Positions 31,233-40,621 of a DNA stretch of 64,000 nt are shown here, in pieces. A program made the translations under genes and the position numbers. Positions within the stretch are counted from its first letter, which is position 1. Each line of letters starts with the position of its first letter. Origin of the DNA: a virus; IMG/VR virus record IMGVR_UViG_3300033273_000460, positions 1-64,000 of that record. The stretch is one strand, 5' to 3'. Below the pieces are notes generated by a model. The model was not told where the DNA came from. It saw only the letters and a program-made list of their open reading frames with translations, and made no database searches.

Positions 31233-31694
31233 TTAAGCTGTTACAACTTGGAATCTGCCTGGCTGATTTACATCGCCAATAGCATACGTGCCTGTGTTGA
31301 TTGCAACTGCTGATGTTTGATCATTGACCCACTGCACACGGTCTCCTACTGCTACCTGTGAACCTGTACCTAATGCACCAATTTCAATCCATGCATTTGT
31401 AATACGACTCACATAGTAAGTGCCGCCTGCACTGTCTGTTGCTGTTAACTGGCACTGACCTGCTGAAAGCGAGCCACTTGCTACTGCGGTTAGTGTGCAA
31501 GTTTCTGTACCATCACTTGTTGTGCAACGGAAACGGTGAGTGCCTTTTTGTGTAACAACGCTGGTGTTGTTAGCACTGCCGCCTGTGACGAATGCAATCA
31601 TACGAATTTGTTCGCCTGTGCCTGAATCTGCACCAATCGCACCTGTGTGGAAATTACCATCAACTGTTTTTGCTGTTCTTAGTGGACGTCCCAT
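31233..31694 (-). CDS. Putative virion structural protein (MGRPL N-terminus), possibly head decoration
   Basis: Strong AAGGAG RBS, own late promoter (31782-31789), position just downstream of the capsid gene; function inferred from context only. Confidence 0.5.
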   Translation of the reverse strand: MGRPLRTAKTVDGNFHTGAIGADSGTGEQIRMIAFVTGGSANNTSVVTQKGTHRFRCTTSDGTETCTLTAVASGSLSAGQCQLTATDSAGGTYYVSRITNAWIEIGALGTGSQVAVGDRVQWVNDQTSAVAINTGTYAIGDVNQPGRFQVVTA

Positions 31695-31791
31695 TTGTTT
31701 TCTCCTTTATAGAAGCCCTATCCAAGTTCTACTTGGTACGCGGTGGGTTAGACCGCATAAGCCGTATTTTGCCGGCATAAGTATTTATTCA

Positions 31792-32394
31792 ATGTCATTG
31801 CTAAAGTTCAAGCACAACAATCATGTCTGGGGTATTGTACGCAATCAAAAGTGTGCTAGTACCAGTATACTAAGTTACATCGCACAGGTGTTGTGGGGTG
31901 CTGATCCTCATGAACTGCAAGCATATAATACATTTAAAGCACATGCTCCTGGTGTGTACATAAAGTTGCCTAATTTTGAAGACTATAAAGCAGAACTTGC
32001 ACAGTGCGATACACGCATTGCGGTTTGGAGAGATCCAGTTGACAAATTTGTAAGTGGGTTTTATCACACAATGTTTTCACCCACAGGAGCGCAAAATGCA
32101 CTATGGCAAGGACCACACACACTAGACGAATTCTTAAAAAACTTTGATTATTATTATGAAAATAGTTTAACAGTGAGAGAGCATTGTAGCACTAATACTG
32201 CAAGACTAGGCAATGATCCCAACTTTTATACAGACATTTATAATTATAAAGATAATCCTATGATTGCAAAGTTGTTAGGTGCTAGTACTGTAGTAAATTT
32301 ACGAGCGACAGAACCCAAACCTAAACTTACCAATAAACAACGTGAACTTATAGCAATCATACAAGCAGAAGATTACACCAACGGATGGTCATAA
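31792..32394 (+). CDS. Sulfotransferase family protein
   Basis: PAPS-binding motifs QKCASTS (5'-PSB loop) and VWRDPVDKFVSGF (3'-PB); probable start is ATG 31792, not 31540. Confidence 0.7.
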   Translation: MSLLKFKHNNHVWGIVRNQKCASTSILSYIAQVLWGADPHELQAYNTFKAHAPGVYIKLPNFEDYKAELAQCDTRIAVWRDPVDKFVSGFYHTMFSPTGAQNALWQGPHTLDEFLKNFDYYYENSLTVREHCSTNTARLGNDPNFYTDIYNYKDNPMIAKLLGASTVVNLRATEPKPKLTNKQRELIAIIQAEDYTNGWS

Positions 32395-32420
32395 AAAAGG
32401 GAGGCACAAAGCCTCCCTTT
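32393..32420. terminator. Bidirectional terminator between the convergent sulfotransferase and capsid genes
   Basis: AAAGGGAGGC-ACAAA-GCCTCCCTTT with a flanking A-run. Confidence 0.85.
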
Positions 32421-32440
32421 CTCAACTTATGAGTAAGTTA

Positions 32441-33625
32441 TTAGCTGAAGCTAATGTTGCTCATTGCAACCTCACCTACATAGTCACCAGCGTTGCCTAG
32501 TGAACTTGCAGTGTTTGAAAGTTCAACGTAGCCATAACGTGTCATGAATGACACTACTGGTTCGAATGTTGATGGGTCTAGTACTGTGCCACTGCTCATT
32601 AGTGGAACGTATGGGCAGTAGAATGCTGCTGCGTCTGTTTCACTAGAACCTTTGTAGCCAACTAGTACTGCAGTACTGTCTGCTGCATATGAATCCACAT
32701 AAATGCGCATTGCGCCGTTTAGTGTACCAACGAACTTGGTGTTTGTTGGAGCTTCAAATGCACCTTCTGTAGTGCGAGCAAATGCACTTGTGCTTGCACT
32801 CTGAAGAACTGTTAGTGCTTCAGGGCTAACAACTGCATAGTTACCTGCGCCACGACGTGTACGTTGTGCAATTTTGTTTGCTGTACGGTTGATTAGAACT
32901 GCAAGAGCTGCATGCTCGTCACCAACGTATGTTGCTGTACCACTTACTGCTGCTTGGTTGAAAGTTTCTTCAGTTGCTGCTAGTGAACGTAGTGAACCTA
33001 GAACTTCCTGATCAATTTCTGCAGTAATTTCTTGTGCTAGAGCAGCCATGATTTCTGCTTCAACATCAATACCGTGCATTGATTCAGCATCCTGTGCTGC
33101 TTCAAATGTCCAGCGAGCTTGTAGCTTGCGTGTTTTAGCTTCTACAGGCTGCTTTAGGATTTGAATGCTGATTTGTGAACCACCAGTACCTTCTTTTGCT
33201 GCAGTTGTATCGGCACGACCTGTTGTGGTTGAACCTGAATATGCTGTAGCAATTTTGAAAGGTGATAGTGCTTCGTCACCTGCTACTGTGTCTGTGTCAA
33301 ATGGTGAACTTGCTGTTGAAGTTACACTGTCTGCATAGCGAACACGTAGAGTATGGATTTGTCCAACTGGACCTTGCATTGGCTGCACGCCAACGATTTC
33401 GTTAGCGATAACAGTTGGCATAACACGTCTGATCACTGGAAGGATCACACGGTTAAGTGTTGCGATGTTACCTGAAGCAGAAGCGCCTGTTGATGCAGCC
33501 TCTTTCAAGTACTTGCGTGTATTCTCTAGAATCACGCCCATTGAAGAACGACGGTTACCTTCTAGACCCTCAAGTAGTGCGTCTTTGGTTTCGTTCCAAC
33601 GGCTTTCTAATAGTACGTCTGACAT
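32441..33625 (-). CDS. gp23: Major capsid protein
   Basis: ILPVIRRVMPTVIANEIVGVQPMQGPVGQI, VEAKTRKLQARWTFEAAQD, LAQEITAEIDQE, FYCPYVPL, FMTRYG. Confidence 0.97.
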   Translation of the reverse strand: MSDVLLESRWNETKDALLEGLEGNRRSSMGVILENTRKYLKEAASTGASASGNIATLNRVILPVIRRVMPTVIANEIVGVQPMQGPVGQIHTLRVRYADSVTSTASSPFDTDTVAGDEALSPFKIATAYSGSTTTGRADTTAAKEGTGGSQISIQILKQPVEAKTRKLQARWTFEAAQDAESMHGIDVEAEIMAALAQEITAEIDQEVLGSLRSLAATEETFNQAAVSGTATYVGDEHAALAVLINRTANKIAQRTRRGAGNYAVVSPEALTVLQSASTSAFARTTEGAFEAPTNTKFVGTLNGAMRIYVDSYAADSTAVLVGYKGSSETDAAAFYCPYVPLMSSGTVLDPSTFEPVVSFMTRYGYVELSNTASSLGNAGDYVGEVAMSNISFS

Positions 33626-33645
33626 TTATAGTCCCCTTATTGTAC

Positions 33646-34761
33646 TCATTTAAGCCCTGCTAACGCACGAAGTTGGATAATGTTACCATCATCTCTACTT
33701 TCTGCTGCAGGTTTTTTAGTTTGTTTATCACCAGTTACTTCTTTGATGCTTTCGTTGATTACAGGCTTTTGTTCTGTCTTTGATTCTTTGACAATTTGCT
33801 TTCCATCAAGTACTGCCGGTAGATAACGTTCGAAAGCGCCTTTTAACTTTGCAGTTTGCACACTTTCTAATAGATCACGCATAATTGCGCTTTTCTCTTT
33901 GTTAAGTGGCTTAAGAAGTGATTCCAATGCATCCTTACGAGCTGCGCTCTCAGTGATTGCTTTGATTTCTGCTTCTTTGCTCTCAACAATTTGATTCTTT
34001 TCAGCAACTTCTACTTTTGCTTCGTCCAACTGCTTTTCAATTTCAGCAATCTTAGACTGTAGGTCTTTGATTTCCTGATTTTCATTTAGCATGCTTGAAC
34101 TAAACTCTGTAGAAAATGCTTCAAAAATCTTTCTACCAAAGTTGTTTTGTTTAGCAACTTCGATGTCCTCTTTTAATTGACCGATTTCTGACTTAAGATG
34201 TTTGGTTACTGCTTCCTCGAGTACTGCACTAGACTTTTCAACAAAGTTCTTCTTAAGGTCTGCGAAACGCTCACGTGCTTCTTTAACTAAACGAACTTTT
34301 GTTTCAACAACGTCTTGACGATCTGCTTGGAACTCTTGAATTTCTTCTGCGAGTTGATCAACTACAAACTGCTCCAATTTTGCAATTGTATCTGCTTGTG
34401 TTGCACGATCTTTGTGTAGTTCTTTGATTTCTTCAGACAGTGTCTTAACCATAAACTGGTCAAAAGTGCCTGTTGATTCTGACATCTTAGCAACGAAACG
34501 AGCACGGTCTTCTGCAAGAGCTTTCTTTTCTTCAGCAATTTGTGCTAGTTCTTCACTTAGACTTTCAGTTACCATACGATCCAAAGCCTCAACCATTGTG
34601 GACTTATCATGCTCGTATCTACGTGCAAACTCTTCACGAAGTTCAGCAGTTACAGATTCACGTGTTTCGTTCATCTTTGCGTCCCATGCTTCTTGAATTT
34701 CGTTGCGAGTTGACTCGTTGACAAGATCACTATCCAGTAAAGGTTTTAGAGCATCTAGCAT
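33646..34761 (-). CDS. gp22: Prohead core scaffold protein
   Basis: Glu/Lys-rich coiled coil with GRKIFEAF, between protease and capsid genes. Confidence 0.8.
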   Translation of the reverse strand: MLDALKPLLDSDLVNESTRNEIQEAWDAKMNETRESVTAELREEFARRYEHDKSTMVEALDRMVTESLSEELAQIAEEKKALAEDRARFVAKMSESTGTFDQFMVKTLSEEIKELHKDRATQADTIAKLEQFVVDQLAEEIQEFQADRQDVVETKVRLVKEARERFADLKKNFVEKSSAVLEEAVTKHLKSEIGQLKEDIEVAKQNNFGRKIFEAFSTEFSSSMLNENQEIKDLQSKIAEIEKQLDEAKVEVAEKNQIVESKEAEIKAITESAARKDALESLLKPLNKEKSAIMRDLLESVQTAKLKGAFERYLPAVLDGKQIVKESKTEQKPVINESIKEVTGDKQTKKPAAESRDDGNIIQLRALAGLK

Positions 34762-34770
34762 TATGATCTC

Positions 34771-35394
34771 CTAGATCTTTAGATCCTTGATAAGACGAAC
34801 AACTTCGTCCTTCAAGTATTTTTGCACTCGAGCATTGCCGCTTGATTCGCGGGCCATCTCAAGCACTGAATGGCCATGACGCATATTCAACAAGCCTTCA
34901 TAAATGGCTGTAGGATATGCATTTGGCGCACTTGGTTGTGCCACAACATCTACTGTGACAATTTCAAAATCAGATACATGACCAGTTGATTCTGCAACGT
35001 TGCCGCTGCCTCTACTGCTGACACCTAACTTTACTCCACTATCCAACATGGTTTTAACTAGGTTACCCATTGGAGTTGGAAGGATTTTAAGTTTTCCGTA
35101 ACCGTTTGGACCATCCATCCACATGCTCTCAATCATGTGACTCACACGATCAAGGTTAATTTTTAAATCATCTGGATGATCAACTTCACCAAGGATACTG
35201 TTGCCTTTGCTGATTTGTTCGTTTAGATGATTTACGGCATCGGAAATCTCAGAGACAGGGTAAACACGCTGGTTTGCGTTTTTAACCCCTCCCTGTATAC
35301 AAATGCCTTTCATGTAGAGATCCTTACCGTCATTGGCACTTTCAAGAACAACTTGTGCTTGATCGAATGTAAGGTTTTCTCTTAGGTAGTTCAT
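34771..35394 (-). CDS. gp21: Prohead protease
   Basis: GICIQ...NANQRVYP, LGEVDHP, INLDRVSH, TPMG, LGVSSRGSG, DVVAQPSAPNAY. Confidence 0.95.
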   Translation of the reverse strand: MNYLRENLTFDQAQVVLESANDGKDLYMKGICIQGGVKNANQRVYPVSEISDAVNHLNEQISKGNSILGEVDHPDDLKINLDRVSHMIESMWMDGPNGYGKLKILPTPMGNLVKTMLDSGVKLGVSSRGSGNVAESTGHVSDFEIVTVDVVAQPSAPNAYPTAIYEGLLNMRHGHSVLEMARESSGNARVQKYLKDEVVRLIKDLKI

Positions 35395-35405
35395 AAAAGG
35401 TTACC

Positions 35406-36074
35406 TTAGACTTTTTTCATGTCTGGCTTGGTTGTGCCACCCATGTCTTGAGCTTTTGGTGCTGGTGCACCTTTTTCTTCGCCAGTTGGGTCAACTGCTT
35501 TACCGCCCATGTCGTTCTTACTTGCAACTGGACCGCTTGTGCCGTCGCCTTGCTCGCTTGTGACTGGTGCTGGAGCTTTTTCTGCGTATTCGCGAACCAT
35601 GTCAGCTTCCATTGCTTCCATTTCTTCGCCTTCTTCATCAGCGTCCATTTCAGCATCCATGTCCATGTCCATGTCCATGTCCATGTCGCCTTCTTCTTCG
35701 CCTTCTTCGTTGCCCATTAGCTTTTCAAATTCTGCTTTGAGTTCATCTAGAGCATCTTCTAGATCAACTACACGGTCTTCTATGTCTTCGTCTGCATCAT
35801 CTTCTTCTGCAACGTCTAGACCTTCTTCGTCTGCTTCAATGTCAGCAATCATGTCATCAGCAGCGTCGCCACCTAGCTCTTCGTCCATGTCTGACTCTTC
35901 AACTTCTTCAGTTGTTTCGTCAATTGCTTCTTCTTCAACTTGCTCTTCGTCGTTTAGAAGTGACTCGTAGATGTCACGGCTTTTTTCCACAACAATTTCG
36001 TGGAACAGTTCTTTTGCCTTATCTTGCTCTTCTGCAATGAAAAGCTCAATAAGTTCATTAAATTTATTGCTCAT
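35406..36074 (-). CDS. Highly acidic prohead core/internal protein (gp67-like position)
   Basis: Very D/E-rich; probable start ATG 36074 after AAGGA; between portal and protease as for T4 gp67/gp68. Confidence 0.6.
   Translation of the reverse strand: MSNKFNELIELFIAEEQDKAKELFHEIVVEKSRDIYESLLNDEEQVEEEAIDETTEEVEESDMDEELGGDAADDMIADIEADEEGLDVAEEDDADEDIEDRVVDLEDALDELKAEFEKLMGNEEGEEEGDMDMDMDMDMDAEMDADEEGEEMEAMEADMVREYAEKAPAPVTSEQGDGTSGPVASKNDMGGKAVDPTGEEKGAPAPKAQDMGGTTKPDMKKV
35656..35687 (-). repeat. Hexanucleotide microsatellite (TCCATG)x5 encoding a DM repeat
   Basis: Five perfect copies read directly from the sequence. Confidence 0.95.
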
Positions 36075-36182
36075 AAGAGTATTCCTTTCTTCATAAGGCA
36101 TTTGTCTAGTAATATATTTACTAGATGTAAGAATATTTACCATTAAATGGCTACATTTTGAAGGAAAAAAGATGATATAAGG

Positions 36183-36404
36183 TTAAATGCCCGGAGATTC
36201 TTCTTTTGGAGGGCTGTATTGCTTTTTAATATTAGCAATTTTTGTATGGTATTCAGCAAGTTTTGTGTCTGCTAACATACGCAATTTATTGATTTGTTCT
36301 AGCGTAAGTCGTGTTTTACGAGTATCAGAAAGCTCGGCAACACTGTTATCGTCTTGCTGATTTTGAATAGGATTGTCGTTTTCTACTAATTGTTTTAAGA
36401 ACAT
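36183..36404 (-). CDS. Small head-module protein (73 aa)
   Basis: DTRKTRLTLEQINKLR; GGAG RBS and exact TATAAATA late promoter at 36420-36427. Confidence 0.7.
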   Translation of the reverse strand: MFLKQLVENDNPIQNQQDDNSVAELSDTRKTRLTLEQINKLRMLADTKLAEYHTKIANIKKQYSPPKEESPGI

Positions 36405-36422
36405 TTATATCTCCAGTGTTAT

Positions 36423-38129
36423 TTATACCGGAGGTGGTGTTACTGGTGCTGCGTCTTCGTCAGGAGCTGCGTCTGCTGCTACTTCGCCGCCTTCTTCGGG
36501 TGCTTCGTCTTCTGCTGGCTCTTCTTCTACATCAAATGCTTCAATGTCGCCTTCTATGCCGCCGGGTGTAATGCCAACACTACGCATGCCTGGTGCATCT
36601 GCAGTAACCTGCTCTTCGTTTTCTTCCATCCACATTGCTTCGTTTTCTGTCATCTCTGCTTCGGTGAGACCCAAATAACGCTGTAGCAAGAAACGCTTGC
36701 TCAAATATGGGAAACCTTCTAACTGTGTGAATGTGCTGATACGTGAAGTATCAAGTTCTGTTTCTCTATATTTGCTGAAGTTTTGTGGTTCGTTAAAACG
36801 TACTTCAAAACTACTGTTGTCTAGTTCAAGTCCTCGCCATTTGAGGAACATTTTAAATTCTCTGTCAACAACTTCGCCTACCATGCGTTGTAAACGTTTG
36901 CAATATTCGTTGAATCTAAACTCTTGAATGAGTGCAGTACCAACTCTGCCATCTTGATATCCTGCAGGTGATTCCTCAGGACCTGTTGGCAAGTAACTGC
37001 TAGGAATACGCAGTCCACGGAATAGTTTGTTTGTAAAGTATTTTAGATCGTCAATCTCACCTAGGTTTGTGCCGCCTGGTAGTGTTTCAACTTTTGATCC
37101 ACGGCCTTCTGCTGTTTGTGGAAAGAAGTAGTCCTCGTTGATACTAAGTGGATTGTACGTGGTATCAAGTATGTTAGTGCCACCACCTGTTTGGCTAGGT
37201 ATACGACGCTGATGAATCTCATTTTTTACACGCTCAACAAATGCCATTGCCATGTGTGCTGGCATGTTACCAACGTCTACATAAAATACTCTACGTTCTG
37301 GTGCACGTTGAATGCGATAAATGATGATAGCATCTTCCAATAGTTCTTTTTGTTTGAAAACTTTGAAGATGTTTTCTAATATGCTGTTGCCAAATGGCCA
37401 GTTTGCATCCAGTCCTTCTGTGAGACTTAGGTGAACAATGTGCTCTGCTTCAATGGCATTTTCGTTAAACTTTTGATCAAACCGTCCCCCGCCTGGGCCG
37501 CCTGTGTCATACAAGTTGCTAGGCTGAATATAGCCGCCACGTTGACTAGGCTGTATTTGTCCGTCTTTGTAAGTTTTTTGTGTAGCAGTCAAGTTCTCAA
37601 AGTTAGGATTGATTTCCTTCATCACATACTGCTCGGGCTTTTTGCCTTCGCTTTCATTAACAATAACCTTGATCACATTGTTCATGTCTACCCAATACCA
37701 TTCAAATGTTTCTGGATCACGAATAAACACCTGATCGCCATACTTGAGTGTATTACGGAACATTTTGAACACACGTTTGTTGAATTCGTTTAGGTTACAC
37801 CAGTTTGTAAGTTGTTTTGTAATGGTCTCAACTTCTGTGTCACTGGGATTATCATGATAGTGTACAGTAAATGGTGTGCCATTTTCAGTGTTGAGTTGGG
37901 TGCAAAATTCAGCAAGGATATCTAGTGCAGCATTTACTTCACTGTCAACATCCATGTTTTCATACTGGCCATAACGTTCAATACGATTAGGATGTCCAGA
38001 ATATACTTCTGGCAAATGACTAGCATAGTGACTGTACTTGCTGTCAACACCATTTGTGCCAGCATAGTCTGGTCCAGCCATGCTAAGTGGACTTGCATTT
38101 GCTACTTTAAAAAACTTTTTCCAACTCAT
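36423..38129 (-). CDS. gp20: Portal vertex protein
   Basis: YENMD.D.EV..ALD, LLEDAIIIYRIQRAPERRVFYVDVGNMP, EDYFFP...GRGSKVETLPGG.NLGEIDD..YF..KL.RGL.IP. Confidence 0.97.
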   Translation of the reverse strand: MSWKKFFKVANASPLSMAGPDYAGTNGVDSKYSHYASHLPEVYSGHPNRIERYGQYENMDVDSEVNAALDILAEFCTQLNTENGTPFTVHYHDNPSDTEVETITKQLTNWCNLNEFNKRVFKMFRNTLKYGDQVFIRDPETFEWYWVDMNNVIKVIVNESEGKKPEQYVMKEINPNFENLTATQKTYKDGQIQPSQRGGYIQPSNLYDTGGPGGGRFDQKFNENAIEAEHIVHLSLTEGLDANWPFGNSILENIFKVFKQKELLEDAIIIYRIQRAPERRVFYVDVGNMPAHMAMAFVERVKNEIHQRRIPSQTGGGTNILDTTYNPLSINEDYFFPQTAEGRGSKVETLPGGTNLGEIDDLKYFTNKLFRGLRIPSSYLPTGPEESPAGYQDGRVGTALIQEFRFNEYCKRLQRMVGEVVDREFKMFLKWRGLELDNSSFEVRFNEPQNFSKYRETELDTSRISTFTQLEGFPYLSKRFLLQRYLGLTEAEMTENEAMWMEENEEQVTADAPGMRSVGITPGGIEGDIEAFDVEEEPAEDEAPEEGGEVAADAAPDEDAAPVTPPPV

Positions 38130-38150
38130 CTATATAGATCTTTCTTTGTG

Positions 38151-38184
38151 TATTTATTGTAACACCCTTGTTGATTTGTGTCAA
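38151..38184 (-). promoter_or_regulatory. Overlapping sigma70 and late promoters for the portal gene
   Basis: Minus strand TTGACA-caaatcaacaagggtgt-TACAAT (17-nt spacer) running into AATAAATA. Confidence 0.7.
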
Positions 38185-38185
38185 A

Positions 38186-40549
38186 TTATATTTCGTTACT
38201 GATACGTCTCAATAGATCGTTTGTTTCTGATCCTTGTCTAGTTTGTACATCTAGCAGTCTTTGCAACAATGCTGTGTGCTCAGTGCCAGTGTTTTGCATT
38301 GGTTCCTGTAAAGCATTTGCTCCTACAGCAGGTGTTGCGATTGCTGCAGTTTGTGTTGTAGACGTAGTGGTTGCATTCTGTGCATCATTTATTTTATCAA
38401 CAATACCAGCTAGTTCTGTAGCTCCAGGTATAACAAATCCTGCTAGTGCAGTCATTTTTGCTAGATCAAGTCTTTCTATAGCATCTGCAAATACTGTAAC
38501 TCCTGATGCTAAATCTCTTAGCTGGTCTGCAGGAGTGTCACCACCACTAACAATTTTACCAATGAATCCGCCTATAGCACCTGCTGCACTGCCACCACCT
38601 ATTACAGCCATAGCAGCACCAACTGCTGCTAGTCCTTTGGCTGCAGTTACTAGTCTCTCGCCATCTAGTTCTTCAAGACCTTTAAGACCGTCAGTAAGTG
38701 TTGGCAATGCACTACCTGTTAACCAAGCAGCGGCAGCAATACCTGCACCAATTGCTGTGATAACACCTGCTATTGTTGCAGCACCTGCTAATATTTTTAC
38801 ACTGCCTACACCAAATGCAGTCATACCTTTGGCTAGACTAGCTAACATACCGCCACCACCAGCAGCGCCACCGCCACCACCAGCCAAGCCAAACATCTTG
38901 GTTATACCACCACCAAGTTTGGTACCTATGCTGCTCATGATATTTCCAACACCGCCGGTCATTGCGCTTAACACTGCTGGGCCAGCAAACAGTGCAGTAA
39001 GTCCTCCTATGATAAGTGTTTTAGGATCTTGTGCTACTAGGAATTTTGCAATTCCGTCAACATTATCAGCAACAAACGTAAGACCGTCAACTAGTTTGTC
39101 AACAATGCCCAAGTCAATCAATTTGTTACCCAAGTTTTCAAAAGCAACTTGTATCTTAGCCATTGCTTCGCTGCGTTTGGCTGCTAGGTTAGCATTTTCT
39201 TGTTCGGTTGCTTGTTGTGCTCTTACTGTTGCTAGATTTTGATCCATTTGGGCATTACGTTCTTGTTGCTTGGTTAAGAATATACTGTTTTCAACACCAA
39301 TCTTTGTAAGAATGTTATTAGTGAATGCACTCATCTTTGCATATTCACGTGCAGTTTCGGCATCACGTTTAAGCTCTTGAGCCCTTTGTTGGCTACTTCG
39401 TGCATACGCACCTGCCATGTCTGATTCGCCACGGTTCAATGCATTAACAACATCCATCACACGACTAGCAACACCAGGCATTTGACTTGCTGCAGCGGCA
39501 GTTTCGCCTGTAAATGTTCCAATGGTCAATTGCTGTTTAAGCATCTGTTGCTCTAACGGACTCATACTTGCCATTAGTCCTTCTAAACTTTTGGCTTGCT
39601 CAACATCCATATCTGCTAGTAAGGCTTGGAATGCTGCATCCTGCTTTTGTGCTTTGAGTGCTGCTTCTTGTTCTTCTCTAGTTTGACCTGTAATCTCTTG
39701 CAATGCTTGTAAATCTTTACGATACTTCACTGCTACTGCAGCAATGCGTGTAAAGTCACCACCAAATGTGTTAAGACTTCGTCCGCTAGTTGAAAGATCG
39801 CTAATGAACTGTGCAAAGAATTCTGGCTGATCCTTTGCAGCGATGCCTAATCTAAACAATTCATTACTGCTGGCTTTGCCTGCTGCAGTTACTTGCGATA
39901 GTATTTGTGCGCCTTGTGTAGCAGTACCACCAAAGTCTGCTAATCCGCCTATGTTTTTTGAAACTGCATCAGCAAATTGTGTTACTGTAACACCAGCACT
40001 ACCTGCTGCCATTCTCATGGCAATCATATCGCCACCAAATGTAGCACCTGCCATGGTTAATTGTTGAAAAGTTTTTACACTCTTATCAAAAGCACCCATT
40101 GCAAGGCCGGCTACAAAACTTAAACCTGTAAGCCCTTGACCAGCTATTTTACCAGCAATACCAAGTTTACCAAATATTCCACCAAGTGGGCCGGTTATAG
40201 CACCCAGTGCTCCGCCCATGTTTTCGCCACTCTCGCCTAGTTTTTGAAAAGAATTGGATAGCGTACCGCCTACATCTTTGAGTTGCTGCGAAGTTTTGTC
40301 TAATCTTTCGCCAAAAGTGGTCAGCTTAACTTCATACTTTTCCATACCCTTAGTGGTACTGTCAACAATGTCTTGGTAACTTTTGGTTTCTTTTGTTGCT
40401 GCTTTTATGGCTGCAGCTTCCTCTTTTTTGACACCACTGTTGTCAGCAAATTTGCCTTCAAAAAGTTCAACCAGGCGTTGCAATGTTGCTTCTTCAGCAG
40501 CATTTTCTAATACTATAGGATTCCCGCCTAGATCACCTGTTACAGCCAT
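38186..40549 (-). CDS. Tape measure protein (787 aa)
   Basis: Ala/Gly-rich helical protein with hydrophobic stretches, N-terminal LENAAEEATL; divergent from the chaperone gene. Confidence 0.7.
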   Translation of the reverse strand: MAVTGDLGGNPIVLENAAEEATLQRLVELFEGKFADNSGVKKEEAAAIKAATKETKSYQDIVDSTTKGMEKYEVKLTTFGERLDKTSQQLKDVGGTLSNSFQKLGESGENMGGALGAITGPLGGIFGKLGIAGKIAGQGLTGLSFVAGLAMGAFDKSVKTFQQLTMAGATFGGDMIAMRMAAGSAGVTVTQFADAVSKNIGGLADFGGTATQGAQILSQVTAAGKASSNELFRLGIAAKDQPEFFAQFISDLSTSGRSLNTFGGDFTRIAAVAVKYRKDLQALQEITGQTREEQEAALKAQKQDAAFQALLADMDVEQAKSLEGLMASMSPLEQQMLKQQLTIGTFTGETAAAASQMPGVASRVMDVVNALNRGESDMAGAYARSSQQRAQELKRDAETAREYAKMSAFTNNILTKIGVENSIFLTKQQERNAQMDQNLATVRAQQATEQENANLAAKRSEAMAKIQVAFENLGNKLIDLGIVDKLVDGLTFVADNVDGIAKFLVAQDPKTLIIGGLTALFAGPAVLSAMTGGVGNIMSSIGTKLGGGITKMFGLAGGGGGAAGGGGMLASLAKGMTAFGVGSVKILAGAATIAGVITAIGAGIAAAAWLTGSALPTLTDGLKGLEELDGERLVTAAKGLAAVGAAMAVIGGGSAAGAIGGFIGKIVSGGDTPADQLRDLASGVTVFADAIERLDLAKMTALAGFVIPGATELAGIVDKINDAQNATTTSTTQTAAIATPAVGANALQEPMQNTGTEHTALLQRLLDVQTRQGSETNDLLRRISNEI

Positions 40550-40578
40550 ACGATTCTTTTTCTAACATTATATGCGTA

Positions 40579-40607
40579 TATAAATACATTTATACAATAG
40601 TATTTAG
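40579..40607. promoter_or_regulatory. Divergent late promoters
   Basis: TATAAATA at 40579-40586 (+) and CTAAATA at 40607-40601 (-). Confidence 0.7.
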
Positions 40608-40621
40608 CCGGAGAAAACCCC

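Noticed and set aside
31540-31791. N-terminal extensions given by the ORF track (31540, 9981, 10138, 9624, 36143)
   Set aside because: They overlap neighbouring genes or promoters; downstream starts fit the RBS and domain boundaries better.
38178-39242. 354-aa plus-strand ORF with a proline-rich stretch
   Set aside because: Antisense to the Gly/Ala-rich part of the tape measure gene; the prolines mirror glycine codons.
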